A stretch of DNA of 64,000 nucleotides from Macrostomum lignano. Its lineage: Eukaryota. The notes beneath the pieces were generated by a model. That model made no database searches. It was not told the DNA's origin and was given only the letters and a program-made list of their open reading frames with translations. The DNA lies in contig NIVC01000573.1 of the NCBI GenBank assembly GCA_002269645.1, positions 372,001-436,000 on the forward strand. Reading direction: 5' to 3'. The position numbers and the translations under genes were made by a program. Shown piece after piece: positions 11,791 through 24,200 of this stretch (within the stretch, counting starts at the first letter, position 1; each line of letters begins with the position of its first letter).

Positions 11791-14700
11791 CTCGAAAAAA
11801 GTGTTGAATTCTGGAATTGTGTGACCCTTTTACCGCCTACCTTGAACCTACAAAATACATGTCCTGACTCTGAGTAACGGTTGAGAATTAGCACAACGCA
11901 TGTAGTATAAAATCAGAGAGCCAACCTGAGTCTGACTACTGCGACGAATTCGATGCGAACTGTCCGAGTGAACAGGCAGGGCAGCAATACACCGCAGGTG
12001 AGTGAGAGCAGTCAAAGGCAGGTGAGAAATTCAAAGAAAAAATACCACTCTGAGTTGGCGGGTCAAACTGAGAGTCTGCGACGCGTTAAAAAATGAGCAG
12101 CCTACTTCGCCTACTGAATGCAGTCTGTTCCTGTGAAAGCAAAGATGAGTGGCAAGAGAAGGGAGGAGAGCAGAGGCTCAGTAGGGTCAGAATAAGAGGC
12201 GACCCTGTCCTGCAGCCTGCACTGTACTGGCCGACATCGGCGCTTTTGATGTGCGATTGTGCGTGTGACCCACAGCCAACCCTACACGAACGGGGGTGAC
12301 GGCCAGTAAAGACGGTTGGTTCACAACGCGTCACGCGATTGGGGGAAGAGAAAACTCACGACTTGGGTGGGTAAAACTTTACCCACCGGCACAAACATGC
12401 TCGAGTAGGCTTCTATTTTTTCCGAGGAATGGTTGGCTGATGCTTCTAGATTGGGCTGGGCGATTCTAGAACGCCATTTCATGAAATGCAGATTCGTGTC
12501 GTGTATATTTCAGGGCTCTCTGCCCTGCCCCAACCCCACCCTCTGCAATCGGGAATGGCTGGCGGCATCTTTTGAAGAAGCCGCGGCGCGCGCTCTTTGT
12601 AGGTGGGGCCTGGGGCTGGGCCGGGGGTCGGCGATGGTTTAATGATTTTATGTCCAGCTGACTGCGCGCTGCGCCCCAAACCACCCACCCCACTCCCACT
12701 CTCCACCAGGAACCCCCGCTGGGCTGATCGGTTCAGTCGGGCATTTAATTGCCTCGAATTTAAGCGACACACTAAGGGAGTGGGGGCTCGATAGAGAGAA
12801 TTACACAGCCCACGTTCTTTCCAGGAATGCAGGTGGCTAAACGTCAAATCCACTTTCAGTTCAGTTCAGCGCAGATGCGGGAGCCGACCGGCCGATTTCT
12901 GGTCAGGTTCAGGGGCAGATTTAAGGGTGGCCCCCCTTTGTGGCTGGCGAGGCGATGATGGCGCCCCTTACCTTTAAGCTGGCACCTGGCAGTCCCAAAT
13001 ATGAAATATAAATATTCTGAACATGGACAGAGCTGAGTGATTGAATCCAAAAATCCAAAACAGGAAAAAAGACACAGGAGTGCCAGAAAACATAAGCATA
13101 GATAACTTCATATTCATATTATAAGCTTAGGACTCAGGTCATAATCAAAAAGGTCCTCACTGCCCTCAGTCTGTTCAGTATGGCGCCAGTAGCGCAACCA
13201 GAATTTTTTTGAGGGGGGGGGGGCAGATTCTGGAAGGTAAAGACTCAGGAGGGGGGGGGGCAGAGGGGTGGCTCTGTTTTTTTGCAAAAATTTACTAAAT
13301 TTGCAAAAAAATTTGGATTGAAATTTTAAGGCAAATGCGCTATACATTTTTTGCTTCAATTTTTGATTGTTATAGAGATAATGATCTATTTGTAGATCAA
13401 AAACAACATTATCTTGTGACAGATTTAAGTAAGTAGAATAAAAGTACTAATTAGTAGTAAAGAAGCAATTCATGTATCAAAATTTACATTGGAATAAATT
13501 TCACATTAAAATCTGTGATGCAGGGTTTAAAAAGGTGCCACGCGACATGAGACAATTAATGGAAATTAGCACAGTATAATAAGGGTTATTCCATGATAGG
13601 GTCATCAAAGGTATAGAAATTTTTATAAAAATTATTTGCAAATGTGAATATTTCATTTTGTATATAATTATGTATAGTTTCATTTTTATGTAGTTTCATA
13701 CACATTTATCTACCTCTAGGTATATATATTTTGTTTTGATCATGGTACCCCTGCAAAATTTTAAATGTCCCGCGGGACTTTATAAAAAGTTTAATCTAGT
13801 TTTCAATAAGAAAAAAAGTTAATAAACATAATGCATCAAGTGCATAAATAATAAAAATCTTTCTTTCTTATATCTAAAGACTGAAATTATAAAGTTTTAT
13901 GATCTAATATAGTTCTATCTATCATAATTTTTTATTTTAAAAAGTTTGACTTCCCTTTTTTAAGTGTTAAAAACGACCATCATTTTTTTTACAAAAAGTT
14001 GTTGTACTAATTTTCAAGAGGTTTATAAGTTGATAATTTTTTGCTAAAATATTTTCTGAGCCTATATTTAAGTTTATAGTCATTTTTGTTAGTTTATGAT
14101 AAGTTTAACATGCTAAAAAAACCCTGCAAAGTTACCTAACGACCATCATTTTCTGGTATTCTGAAATCTGTTGATCTTCATAAAACCTGAATTATTATCA
14201 TTTATTCCTAAATTTTATACAAAAAACTGAATTTACTGATATTCTAAAATCATGTCTTTTTTTAAATGTGAACTACTTATTCAATCTCTCTTTCAAAGTT
14301 TTTACAGTTTTGATTGTAAAGAAAAATATAGTGGAATTCAAGTCTTTTATTAAAAATGTATACTGTCAATTACTTGTTTGATACCTTAAAATCATTTTCA
14401 ACCTGCACTATCAAAAAGGTTGTTCCAATTACTAACCATGCACCTAGAACTCTCCACTTTAGTTTGCAATGCACCTTAACACATGCCCTAATCTTCAGCA
14501 TAAGTAGTCTAACTAGACTCAAGTTTTTACTAACCATTGGTGCTACTGCTTATTGCCTAACAAATAATCTGTATTTGCCTTTGGTTTTGTTAATTGTTAT
14601 ATTCTATTCTTTCAATTCTTGAATAGATTAGGACTGTCCATCTTTATGATCATATGTTGAGTTGTGCAATCATGAAGTGATGTTTTTGTTGAAGGTGCAT

Positions 14701-16094
14701 AAGTACGTTTGATCTGAAATGTGAAATAGGTATAATAAATTTTATGGTTAGACAAGCAAGTTATAGTTTTTATATGAACAACTATGGATTATAAACAATC
14801 TTTTAACTGAGATCTTATCTAAAAATAGAGAATCCTAATACACTTTTTAAAACTGAAGGTTGTTTTTTTGAAACAAACAACCGTCAGTTAATGACCGTCA
14901 TTTAAGAAAAAATGTGTAACACAGTTCAAGTTATCTACTAAAATGTAATAATTGTTTGTAACCATTCATCTAGCTATTGTTTACTACAATTAATGATCAA
15001 TTGAGACAAAAACTTGCCTGATTCGCAGGAATCTTAAACTTAAGTTATAAAGTTGGATACATAAAATTTCACCAAAAACGACCGTCATTGAAAGTTTCTC
15101 TGCTAAATCAACACAGTAAGACAAATGACTTTAAAATGTATATAATCTCAATCTAGAGGTCACGCCCATAAATATAAAACTCACAAAGTCTCAATTTAGT
15201 TTGTCTTTTGTATGATTACTGATTATTATTTGCTCCAACCCAACGACCGTCATCTCGTGGAATTACCCATAAACAAGTAGTATGAAAATGCACACGTCTT
15301 TTTGCCACCAGTGAACGGGCTTCATTTTAGACGTGGGTCTTCATACTACTTGATAAACCTAGTTTTGTACCAATAAAAAAGAACTTTGAGAAGCTCAAGA
15401 AAAATTCTTTGTCTGTTCTGTTTCTCTCCTCTCTAATCTCTCTCTAGTCTCCCCCTCTTCTCTCTCGTCTTATTTCTTATCTCCTCCTTTCTCCCTCTAT
15501 TCTCTTTCATTTTCTCTCTCCTCTCATCTGACCCGCAGCCATGAGCTGGAATCTTCTATAATAGGCCATCAAAGGCCTCGATCTAAAAAATTGTCTAAAG
15601 TCTCCAGAGCATAGCATGGATATACCACCCCATTAAGCTGGTTCTGGTTGTTTCGGCTCTTAGCATCAGCTCAAGAGCCTTAACCCTTAAGTGCTTGGAA
15701 AGTCAGGCCAGTTTTGTGGGACATTAAACTCGTACCCTGAAACAGATAGTACACTATTATGGACAAACAAACAAATATTAGAGATATAGTATATTTGGAT
15801 GGAAGATACCCTAACACCAAAGCTTCTTCTCCAACGTGGTTGCAAAGAAAGCTATAAATAAAGTCATTCCAAAACACTGTACATAGCTACTTCATAAGGG
15901 ACACAAGCCTTTTAGTTTGGGAGAGGATTGTACACGTAGTGAATTTGAGCTTGCCACCGGCCAAACTTTGTACTGGGCTTGCAATTCAAATGTTCAATTA
16001 AAGAGCTAAATTTAATATGAAATTCTAATCATGTGACGCCCGTTTATCGATCTAATTTTCCTTGGTCTGTGCGCGAAGCAAATGAAGCTCTATT

Positions 16095-16355
16095 GGGCCT
16101 TTTCATATTACCAATTCCAGAACCAGAATCGGTTCAGAATTCCAAGAAAAACAGCAATATAACTATTAAACTCTGTTAAGATTTGACTGCCTTAACAACC
16201 TAACTTAGCACAATTTTTCACTTTCTTCTTGGCGATTGTCCATTCAATAATAAAAACTTTATAGCACGTATCTCCCTCTAGTTATGGAGACAAAAAGTTA
16301 TACTTCACAAATTGGTTCTGGTTCTGGAACCAGAGCAAGCAATATGAAAAGGCCC
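16095..16355. mobile_element. 261-bp PIF/Harbinger-like (Tourist-type) MITE
   Basis: Perfect 15-bp TIR GGGCCTTTTCATATT / AATATGAAAAGGCCC, with ATT duplicated on both sides (16092-16094, 16356-16358). GGGCC termini with a 3-bp TSD are typical of this superfamily. Confidence 0.72.
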
Positions 16356-17818
16356 ATTGACACCCCTCCGGCCCAAGACCTCACGTCGTCACAGCCCCCC
16401 ACTTAGAAGGGACGGGAGTGTACATTGTATGTACGATTATTCCTTCCTTTCCTTTCCTTTCTAACCAGCTTAACTCAGCCTAACGCCAAAGCCATGCAAG
16501 CAATTGCATGCAAATGCAAATTATGCAAAGCAGTATGCGGCTTAATCTGATGAATTTTGGTGCAAAAAATACATTTTTTACCTCAAAAGAACATTGAATG
16601 GTTATGAAACTCAAGAAATCTGTTAAATTAGCTGTATGGAATACTGTGCATTGGTTTCAGTGCAAAATTCTTACCATTTCCAGTTTAAATAGCCCCAAAA
16701 CTAACATAAAAGTAAAAAGTCAAGTTTTCAGTTTTTTATTAATAATTTTTTACCCAATGAACCGAATCTCTAGAAATTGCACACAAATATGCCTCATTAT
16801 GTGGGAAATCAGATTTCATAAAAATATTGTCGTCCTCTTGCGTTATTTTGCCTGATTTCAAGCTAAATATTAAAAAATCACTACTCTGATTGATTTCCAT
16901 TCACTTTTGACACATGAGCACTTGTTGCAGACACTCAAAAACTTGGTTGATTTTAGCTAGACATTAGTACAACTCGTTGCAGTATCCACCTTTGATCTAC
17001 TATTCTTTTAAAAATTTAATCACCCACAAAACTTTAGATACTTGTAGATTTTTGCATTGCGCATCTAACTACACTGCTTTGAAGCCGAAACTCAAAAAGC
17101 TTTGTAGGAAAAAGTGGGGAAATAATAAAATAAAGGTCATTTTTTTACCCAAAAAACCCACCAAAACTGAATAAAGATGTCAAAATAAATTAAAGCGCCA
17201 TATACCATTTTGTAGGAAATTTAGTTTTACAACTTTGATCTTCAGATGTTGAAGCCATATCTTGTAAGGTGTACCAGAATTTTGAGATCTCCCAGAGGCA
17301 CTTTTGAAAAAATCGTCTTTCCCTTTAATTTACGGCTTAGTAATAAAATCTCTGCACTTAAAAGTATATTCATTTGATAGATCTAAAAGTTTTCTATCGA
17401 TCAACACCTCACTCAACTCAATCCATGCAGTGGTTGCAAAACAGGAGCATTTTTTGGCGAAAAAATGTGAAATTTCAAAATGCATTAAAGTCTAACTTAT
17501 TTACTTGTAAATACTTTCGCCATGGGCCGCCATGGGTAGAAATTATTCACTCACCCTTGGCCCCTCGTGGGGCCTCAGGTTCTCTCGCTCTCTGCGCCAG
17601 CGGCGCCAGGCTTGGCTCATTCACTGGTAGAACTAGTTGTGGGCCCAATCATGTTCATATTACAACACTTTTTGTAAAAATAATAACAAAATTTAGTCCT
17701 AGGATTCAGGACCCCAAATCCTAGGACTGGAAATCCTAGGATTTGGGCCCAATCCTAGGATTTTGATATCCTGGACCTGGTATTACAATCTCTACCCTCT
17801 AGTATATATTATGGCAAC

Positions 17819-17990
17819 CATGCTTGGGCGCAACCTTGGGATTCACTCGGCCGTTTCTATTGGCAACACACACATGTAAGTCGCTATTAGACGGAATAGT
17901 AGTCACGTGACTGCTCTCAGCCAATAGCGACTTACATGTGTATGTTGCCAATAGAAACGGCCGGGTGATTCCCAAAGTTGCGCATGTATG
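17819..17990. mobile_element. Short hairpin-type MITE with about 60-bp inverted arms
   Basis: Arms 17828-17889 and about 17922-17983 are near-perfect reverse complements. Flanked by the direct repeat ATGGCAAC(C) at 17811 and 17991. Confidence 0.7.
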
Positions 17991-19183
17991 ATGGCAACCC
18001 TACTTTTATGGCTAAAATCTGCCCAGTCATTTTATATTTCTAAATCTACCTCTAGACAGGTTTATGCATGTCTCAAAGTGTGCATAAATACTATATTTGT
18101 TAACAAGATTGGAATTAATTCAACAAAATGAGAAGACAACATAATGACCAATGATTGGCAATTAATACAGTGTGAGAAAAATATTTTTGTCAATTATTCT
18201 TTGTCTCTCTCTCTTTCTATAGAATTAGAAGGCATATATAAGTATATTAGAGGCAAGAGATTATAAGTGGCTTAGCTGACAAACTAGAATTACTTAAAAC
18301 AGTCACATTGAAATAAAAAAACTTTTAAAAGAATAGTTTAAATTTTTTTAGAAAAGATCAACAAATGTTAGAGCTCTCTCTATTTCTTATTGGTAAGATT
18401 CAGTTTAATGTTAAAACAAAATTATCTCACTTTTTTGTATATAAACTGTATTATAGTTTAAAATATTGTTATATGAATGTTGGCTTACTAAAAAAGCTGC
18501 TAAAATTATTTTTTGGCAACATGATGTTTTAGCCTTATTATGTATGAAAGAGCATGCTAGCCATTTTGGCAATAAGAAATTTTAGCCTAGTGAAGTTTTG
18601 GAAGTTTTGGAAGTGAAGTTTTGAAAAAATAAACACTTTGTTGCATATTCATCCTAATTTTTGCATAGCATTACTAGTAGCAATAGTTTCTAGGTAAACT
18701 GATAATGAAACATTTGATGGATATAATGATAAGGAATAAGTTGGCATAAACATTGAAGAAGATCAAGTTTTTGTAATTTGTTTTATTTATAGGTAATTAG
18801 TTTTAAATCTATTATTATAGGCCTTATCAGCATTTATGAATATGATTGATTAAACATAATATTTAATTAATATAACAATAGCCATTATATTGAAATTAAT
18901 AGTAAAAAAGAGCAGAGCCTGAAAGATTCAATGTTGTGGCCATCTTGGTGTGTACACCAGCTAATATATATTATTGCTAAATCAATTAGCAAGTTAATTA
19001 TATCTACAAGCTTGGGCTTCTTAAACTTATCAAATTTATTTAGCTGCCTTTATTTTTATAAAATAGCTTACATATTCTTCTTTGCTACTTTGCTAATTAT
19101 ATATGCCTGAGTAGTCCATTTAATTATTTTAGGACCTGTGGACTAGACTAGACTAGCAATTTCAAATCTAACTATATTTGACT

Positions 19184-21860
19184 TAGGGGGCGACCCAGTC
19201 CCGGGCCCGGGCCCGAAAAGTCGGGAATCCCGACCAAAATCGTGGCCCGACCCGGGCCCGGGCCCGACCCTAAAAAAGTCGGGAAATCGGGACAAGTCTT
19301 TTTTCCCTAAAGGCACTAACCGCGTGCGAATAAGAAAAAATTATTTTTCAACACATTCACACTAATTTACCCTTAATTCCAGCCCCAGGAAAATGCAACT
19401 GCAACTGCAAGGCATGACTGCATGAGGCATCTCTGTCTCTGGTCGGTCACTGACCTCACCTCGACCTCACCTGACCTGACTGTGAGCGGTCTGTGATTCT
19501 ATGAAGCTGTCGGTCACTCACTGTCACTGGTGACTGGTGTCAGTCAAGCTCAAGCCTGTCTGCCCTGCCCCGGCTGTCCGTGAAGTTCAGTGATGTCTGG
19601 TGCTGCTCCCATCCCGATTCCCGATGTCCAGTCCAGGTCCAGGCTGCCAAGTCCGAGTGCCGATGCCGACTCCCGTTCCCGTTCCGTCACCGTCCTGAGT
19701 CTTGGACAGCTGGACTCCTGTCCTGAGTCCTGACTCCCACTCGAGCTTGAGTCAAGTAACCCACTCACTTAACTAAACAGTCAGATTCGAATTTTTGAGT
19801 GTACATGTATGACAATAAAATTACATACTGTTCAAAATTGATGATACATATCATACAATATACATACAATATAGATATATGTATATATATATATGTAATA
19901 CTGATAGACTGATAGTGATATCATATCTGATACCGATTTATTGAAATTGACATCGTAAAAGATTACTGACTTCTGAGTTTTGACTTTTTCCTTTTTTATC
20001 ACTTTCGTTTCGTCTGGACTCCTGGAGTGGAGAAGAGAAGTTGAGTGGAGGCCGAGGCCCGAGGGTGGACTGGACTGGACTTTGAACTTTCTGGGCTCGT
20101 GGAGTGGAGTCGTATCGTGTCTGAGGCGTGAGTCGTGACTTGTGACTGATTCGTGATTCGCGAGTTTTGTTTTGACCGTGACGGTGACTCGTGATTGTGT
20201 AGTGACTCGTGAGTCGTGATCGTGACTCCATAAGTGACGGACTACAGACGGAGTGCTAAAAATTACAGCTATGACGCCTATGAGCTACAGGCTACAGCAG
20301 ACAGACCAGAGTTGCATAAGTCATGACTTATGATTGATGACACGTTCACGTGCAAAAGACAAATGACTAAATGAATGAGTCAATTCCTCAAATGACAATT
20401 GCGTAAAACTTTGATTTGACTAAAAAATTATTCGTAAAATTACACAAAATGGCAATGTAATTGTGCAAGCAAGGACTTTATTGATAAATTAAGGCAAGGC
20501 AAACGGCAAATAGTAATAGATTTAGTATATTTAGATGATATGATGTGAAGTAGCAATATCATTGATTCGTAGTAGGCTCTTAGCGTGAGCGTCTGTGACC
20601 GTGAGCGTCAGCCACAGTCAGTTTCCACTTTCCAGGAAGATCGGATTTTTTTCCAGGAAGATAAAATTAAAACATAGTTTTGCAATACTTTTTTTGCAAT
20701 ATTGATTCCACTTTACACGCTGCAGGCTGCAGCCTAAAAGCAAAAATATGATTCTTTAAAAAGTTTATTTGTCATTTTTAAGCTTTTGTAAATAACATTT
20801 CCTATTTACATTCCAAGAAGGCTACCATTTTTCCAAGAAGTTTGCTATCTATTAGAGTTTGTAATCGTGTTCATATTTGTATCGTAGGTAGTCGTAGTCG
20901 TAGACTTGTAGTATCGTATTCGTAATCATATTCGTTTAAGTAGGTAGGTGAGCAGGTAGGCAGGTATCAGCTAATTACTTGTATTTCCATTGTCTGTTTG
21001 CCTGTTCTGTTGAGACAGTTGAGTGTTGTGTTGTGTTGTCACTTCACTTGTGTTCTGTTCTGTTATCTTGTCTTGTTGTCTTACTGAATACTGACTGTGT
21101 ACATGGCTCTTTACATTGAAGCTATGACATAGCTTCAATGTAAAGAGCCATGTACACAGTAAAGGAACTAAAAATTCAAATAAAAGAATCAATCAATTGA
21201 TTTGGTTCTTACTTCCTTACTGCTTCCAATGCCAAGTGCCTTACACTTAATGCTTCAGCTTTTCTTCTTTTGCTTACTGCCACTGCCAGTGCCAGCCGCA
21301 CTGCCGCAGTGACTGCTTGCCTACCTCACTGCTTGTTAGTATCACTGTCACTGGCACACACACAGTACTTGTGCCACACACTCACACAGTGACATTGAAT
21401 TTGAACTATTGAGTATATTGATATTTGTGTATTAAGTCTTTTAATGTAACTCTTATCTTATTCTGAAGTCTTAACTAATGTATTAAATAATAATAATATT
21501 TATTGTATATTTATTATATTTAAATTTAAATATTTATTATATTTAATATAATATATTATATTTATTATATTTATATATTATTATATATTTAATATATTTA
21601 TATATTATAATATATTTAATGTTTATCATATATTTATTATACATTTAATATATTATATTAAATTTAATATATTGATATATTTATTATATATTTAATAGTA
21701 ATCCGCATATGCTAAAAGTATTAAGATTTATTATGATTTTTTTCCAATTATTGAGCTGTCCTAAAGATCTTGTCCCGAATTCCCGAGGCCCGACCCGGGC
21801 CCGAGTCCTCATTCCCGGGCCCGACCCGGGCCCGACTTTGGCCGTCCCGGTCGCCCCCTA
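19184..21860. mobile_element. Non-autonomous hAT-type DNA transposon, 2677 bp
   Basis: Perfect 12-bp TIR TAGGGGGCGACC / GGTCGCCCCCTA. 8-bp TSD ATTTGACT at 19176-19183 and 21861-21868. Clusters of CCCGGGCCCGA subterminal repeats at both ends. No intact transposase ORF. Confidence 0.92.
21094..21160. repeat. Perfect 67-bp palindrome (33-bp arms, 1-nt centre)
   Basis: ACTGTGTACATGGCTCTTTACATTGAAGCTATG-A-CATAGCTTCAATGTAAAGAGCCATGTACACAGT. Confidence 0.97.
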
Positions 21861-23654
21861 ATTTGACTTGAAATTCCAATTAGAAGAAACCCCTACAGGA
21901 AAACCTTGGATAGTACAAAATAAGAAAGAAGGGAAAAGGGGAGAAAAAAAGGGAAAAGGAGAGAAAAAAGAGGGGAGGAGTCAAAAGGAAAAAGAAAGAG
22001 ATTAGAAAAGGGAGGAGAGAGAAAAGAAAAGGAAAGAAATAAGTATAGAAAATAGAGAAAGCAAAGAAATAGAGAGGAGAGAAAGGAAAAAAGGACCTCT
22101 TTGCAAGAAATTCTTTGTAGGCCTAGGGAAATCTTAGCTAGGCCTAACTTAGCAAGACAGGCTCAATGGGAAAACCTCCCATTTGAAAATCTTGTGCAGG
22201 AAAAACTTGCTAGGCCTACTGAAAAATATTGCACAAGACAACCTCCTATGGGAAAAACTCATGCATATGGCCAATATGGGCACTGGCAAACCTTGGTAGG
22301 AAAACCTATTGGAAATTCTCATACACCACTTTACAACCACTGACATTGGAGTGGCAGATTTAGCCCCCCCCCTTTGCCCCTCCCTGTGGCTGCCACCTGG
22401 CAATGATGGCACCTTTTCCTTCGCCCTAAAAAGGTCCTCATGACCTCATCGCACCCATTTTGCACAGTATAGCACTCTTCTTCCTCTAGTGTATTATGGC
22501 ACCCCTCTAGTGTATATTATGGCACCACTCTAGTGTACATTATGGCGGCCCCACTCATGGTTAAAATCCGCCCCTCATTTTATAATTCTAAATCCACCTC
22601 TTACAACTTATGCAACTTACAATTACAACAAATACATATATAATACTTGAATAAGTTGAATTATACTTAAATTAATAGACATAGACTAGAGTCCTAGACC
22701 TATAATAGTCATCAGAAATCATTTAATTTCAACCAATTTTGGACTTCTTCTTCTAGTCGTAGAAATATAGAAATTGAAATATCTTATATTACCAAATAGT
22801 TAGCATTTTCTTGGAAAAAAAGAATTTATAAAATTTGATTTTTTTGTATGAATGGGCCGCACTGTGTCGCAAGATGCTCGTAAATTAACAAATCTTTAAA
22901 CGTACTCGAAATTTAGAGTTTGAATGAAAACCTCAGTAGATTTGTTATGCTTTTTTAATAGTAAAAAACCAAAGCCATAATTGACTGGTTGGAATTTTGT
23001 GTGATAAATCCGAATGGTAAATTAGGTTTTTATTCGCTATGATATAACTACCTTGATGAGGACGCACTTTTTCTCCAAATTTCACGCTCGCACATGGGCT
23101 CCAAACTTGCTAGTCTACTAGCAGCAGGCTATGGGCATTTTCCCCTTTTTATGTAATTTTTTCTAGAAATCTTACTAGTATAGGGTCTCTGTAGCTATAT
23201 GATTTTGCCATACTTGTAGTTATAATAATATAGGTGCAGCTTTTGCTACTTTTGAGGTCATAAATCATTGCTTTTGAGCTGGTCTGACAGCCACCTGCGC
23301 CTCACTCAATGCTCAGGCTGGCGCCAGATGGTCTGAGAGGATTTTTTTATAGAGGCACCTTTTTTATTAGGGGGTTGTGTGCACCCTGGCGCACTTTAAG
23401 CGACATAGGCACATGCACACAACCGGCGAGAGGCATTACTGCTCATTCCGCCGACTCCCCTGAGCAGGCATACAAGCGCGCGGATACGTACACAGGCACA
23501 CACTCTCACAGGAGTGTACAGCGGCCCTAACTTTATATTATCGTTAGGCATGCATGTACATGTACACTTCACTGCGCCTTGGGGGGTTGGCTCTCAAGGC
23601 CGTTAATTGCACGAGCAGAGCCAAGCCGAGATTCCAATTCAGCCCCAAATTAAT

Positions 23655-23728
23655 GTGACTGCACTTGGAATCAAGCCTGGGTCGCTGGCACACCAGAGCA
23701 GCTGCGCTACCGCTGGGCCACGGCCCCC
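23655..23728 (-). mobile_element. tRNA-derived SINE head (degenerate)
   Basis: Minus strand reads GGGGCCG-TGGCCCAGCGG (A box)...GGCTTGATTCC (degenerate B box) at tRNA-like spacing. The 3' end does not pair with the 5' acceptor stem, so this is not a functional tRNA. Confidence 0.5.
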
Positions 23729-24069
23729 CAGGTCTGAGAGGATGCGGGCGGTAAGCTTTTTTATCATTCTTGACAGGCCATCAGATTTATGAGGTCAGGG
23801 TCTATTGTTCGTGTTCACTCAAGCGTTTGACAGCTTTGACAGCTATGCGTTTTACCCTTAAAAGTACTTTGGGATTAGCGATTAGCGATTTCTCTTCACC
23901 ATCTTTACTTTCTACTTAATAAGATCTTTCTAATGCACATTTTTTATTGATTTTTGTAATTCCTACGCGAAAGGTCATAAATCATTATTTAGCGATTTTG
24001 AGTGATTTATGACAACACCTGGCGTATTTTATGGCCTATCAGGTCAACTGATAGGGAATTGATAGGATC

Positions 24070-24200
24070 TTCTGGTCACGTGAGTCTCAGCCAATCAGAA
24101 AATTCGACGTCAGTTATAATAAATCGTCTCAGCCAATCAGCGTCGAGGTGTTCCATTATAACAAATTGTGGTCCAGTTGGCGGCTATAAAAACCGGCGTT
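24070..24200 (+). promoter_or_regulatory. Pol II promoter-like cluster (E-box, two CCAAT boxes, CRE-like site, TATA)
   Basis: GTCACGTGAG, CAGCCAATCAG twice, GACGTCA and CTATAAAA occur in order within about 120 bp. No associated CDS was found; possibly an LTR-like promoter. Confidence 0.4.

Noticed and set aside
12300-12325. GTAAAGACGG resembling the start of a flatworm spliced-leader sequence
   Set aside because: The match is only about 10 nt, with no downstream ATG|GT donor or Sm site.
23655-23728. Functional tRNA gene
   Set aside because: Degenerate B box and no acceptor-stem pairing; treated as a SINE head.
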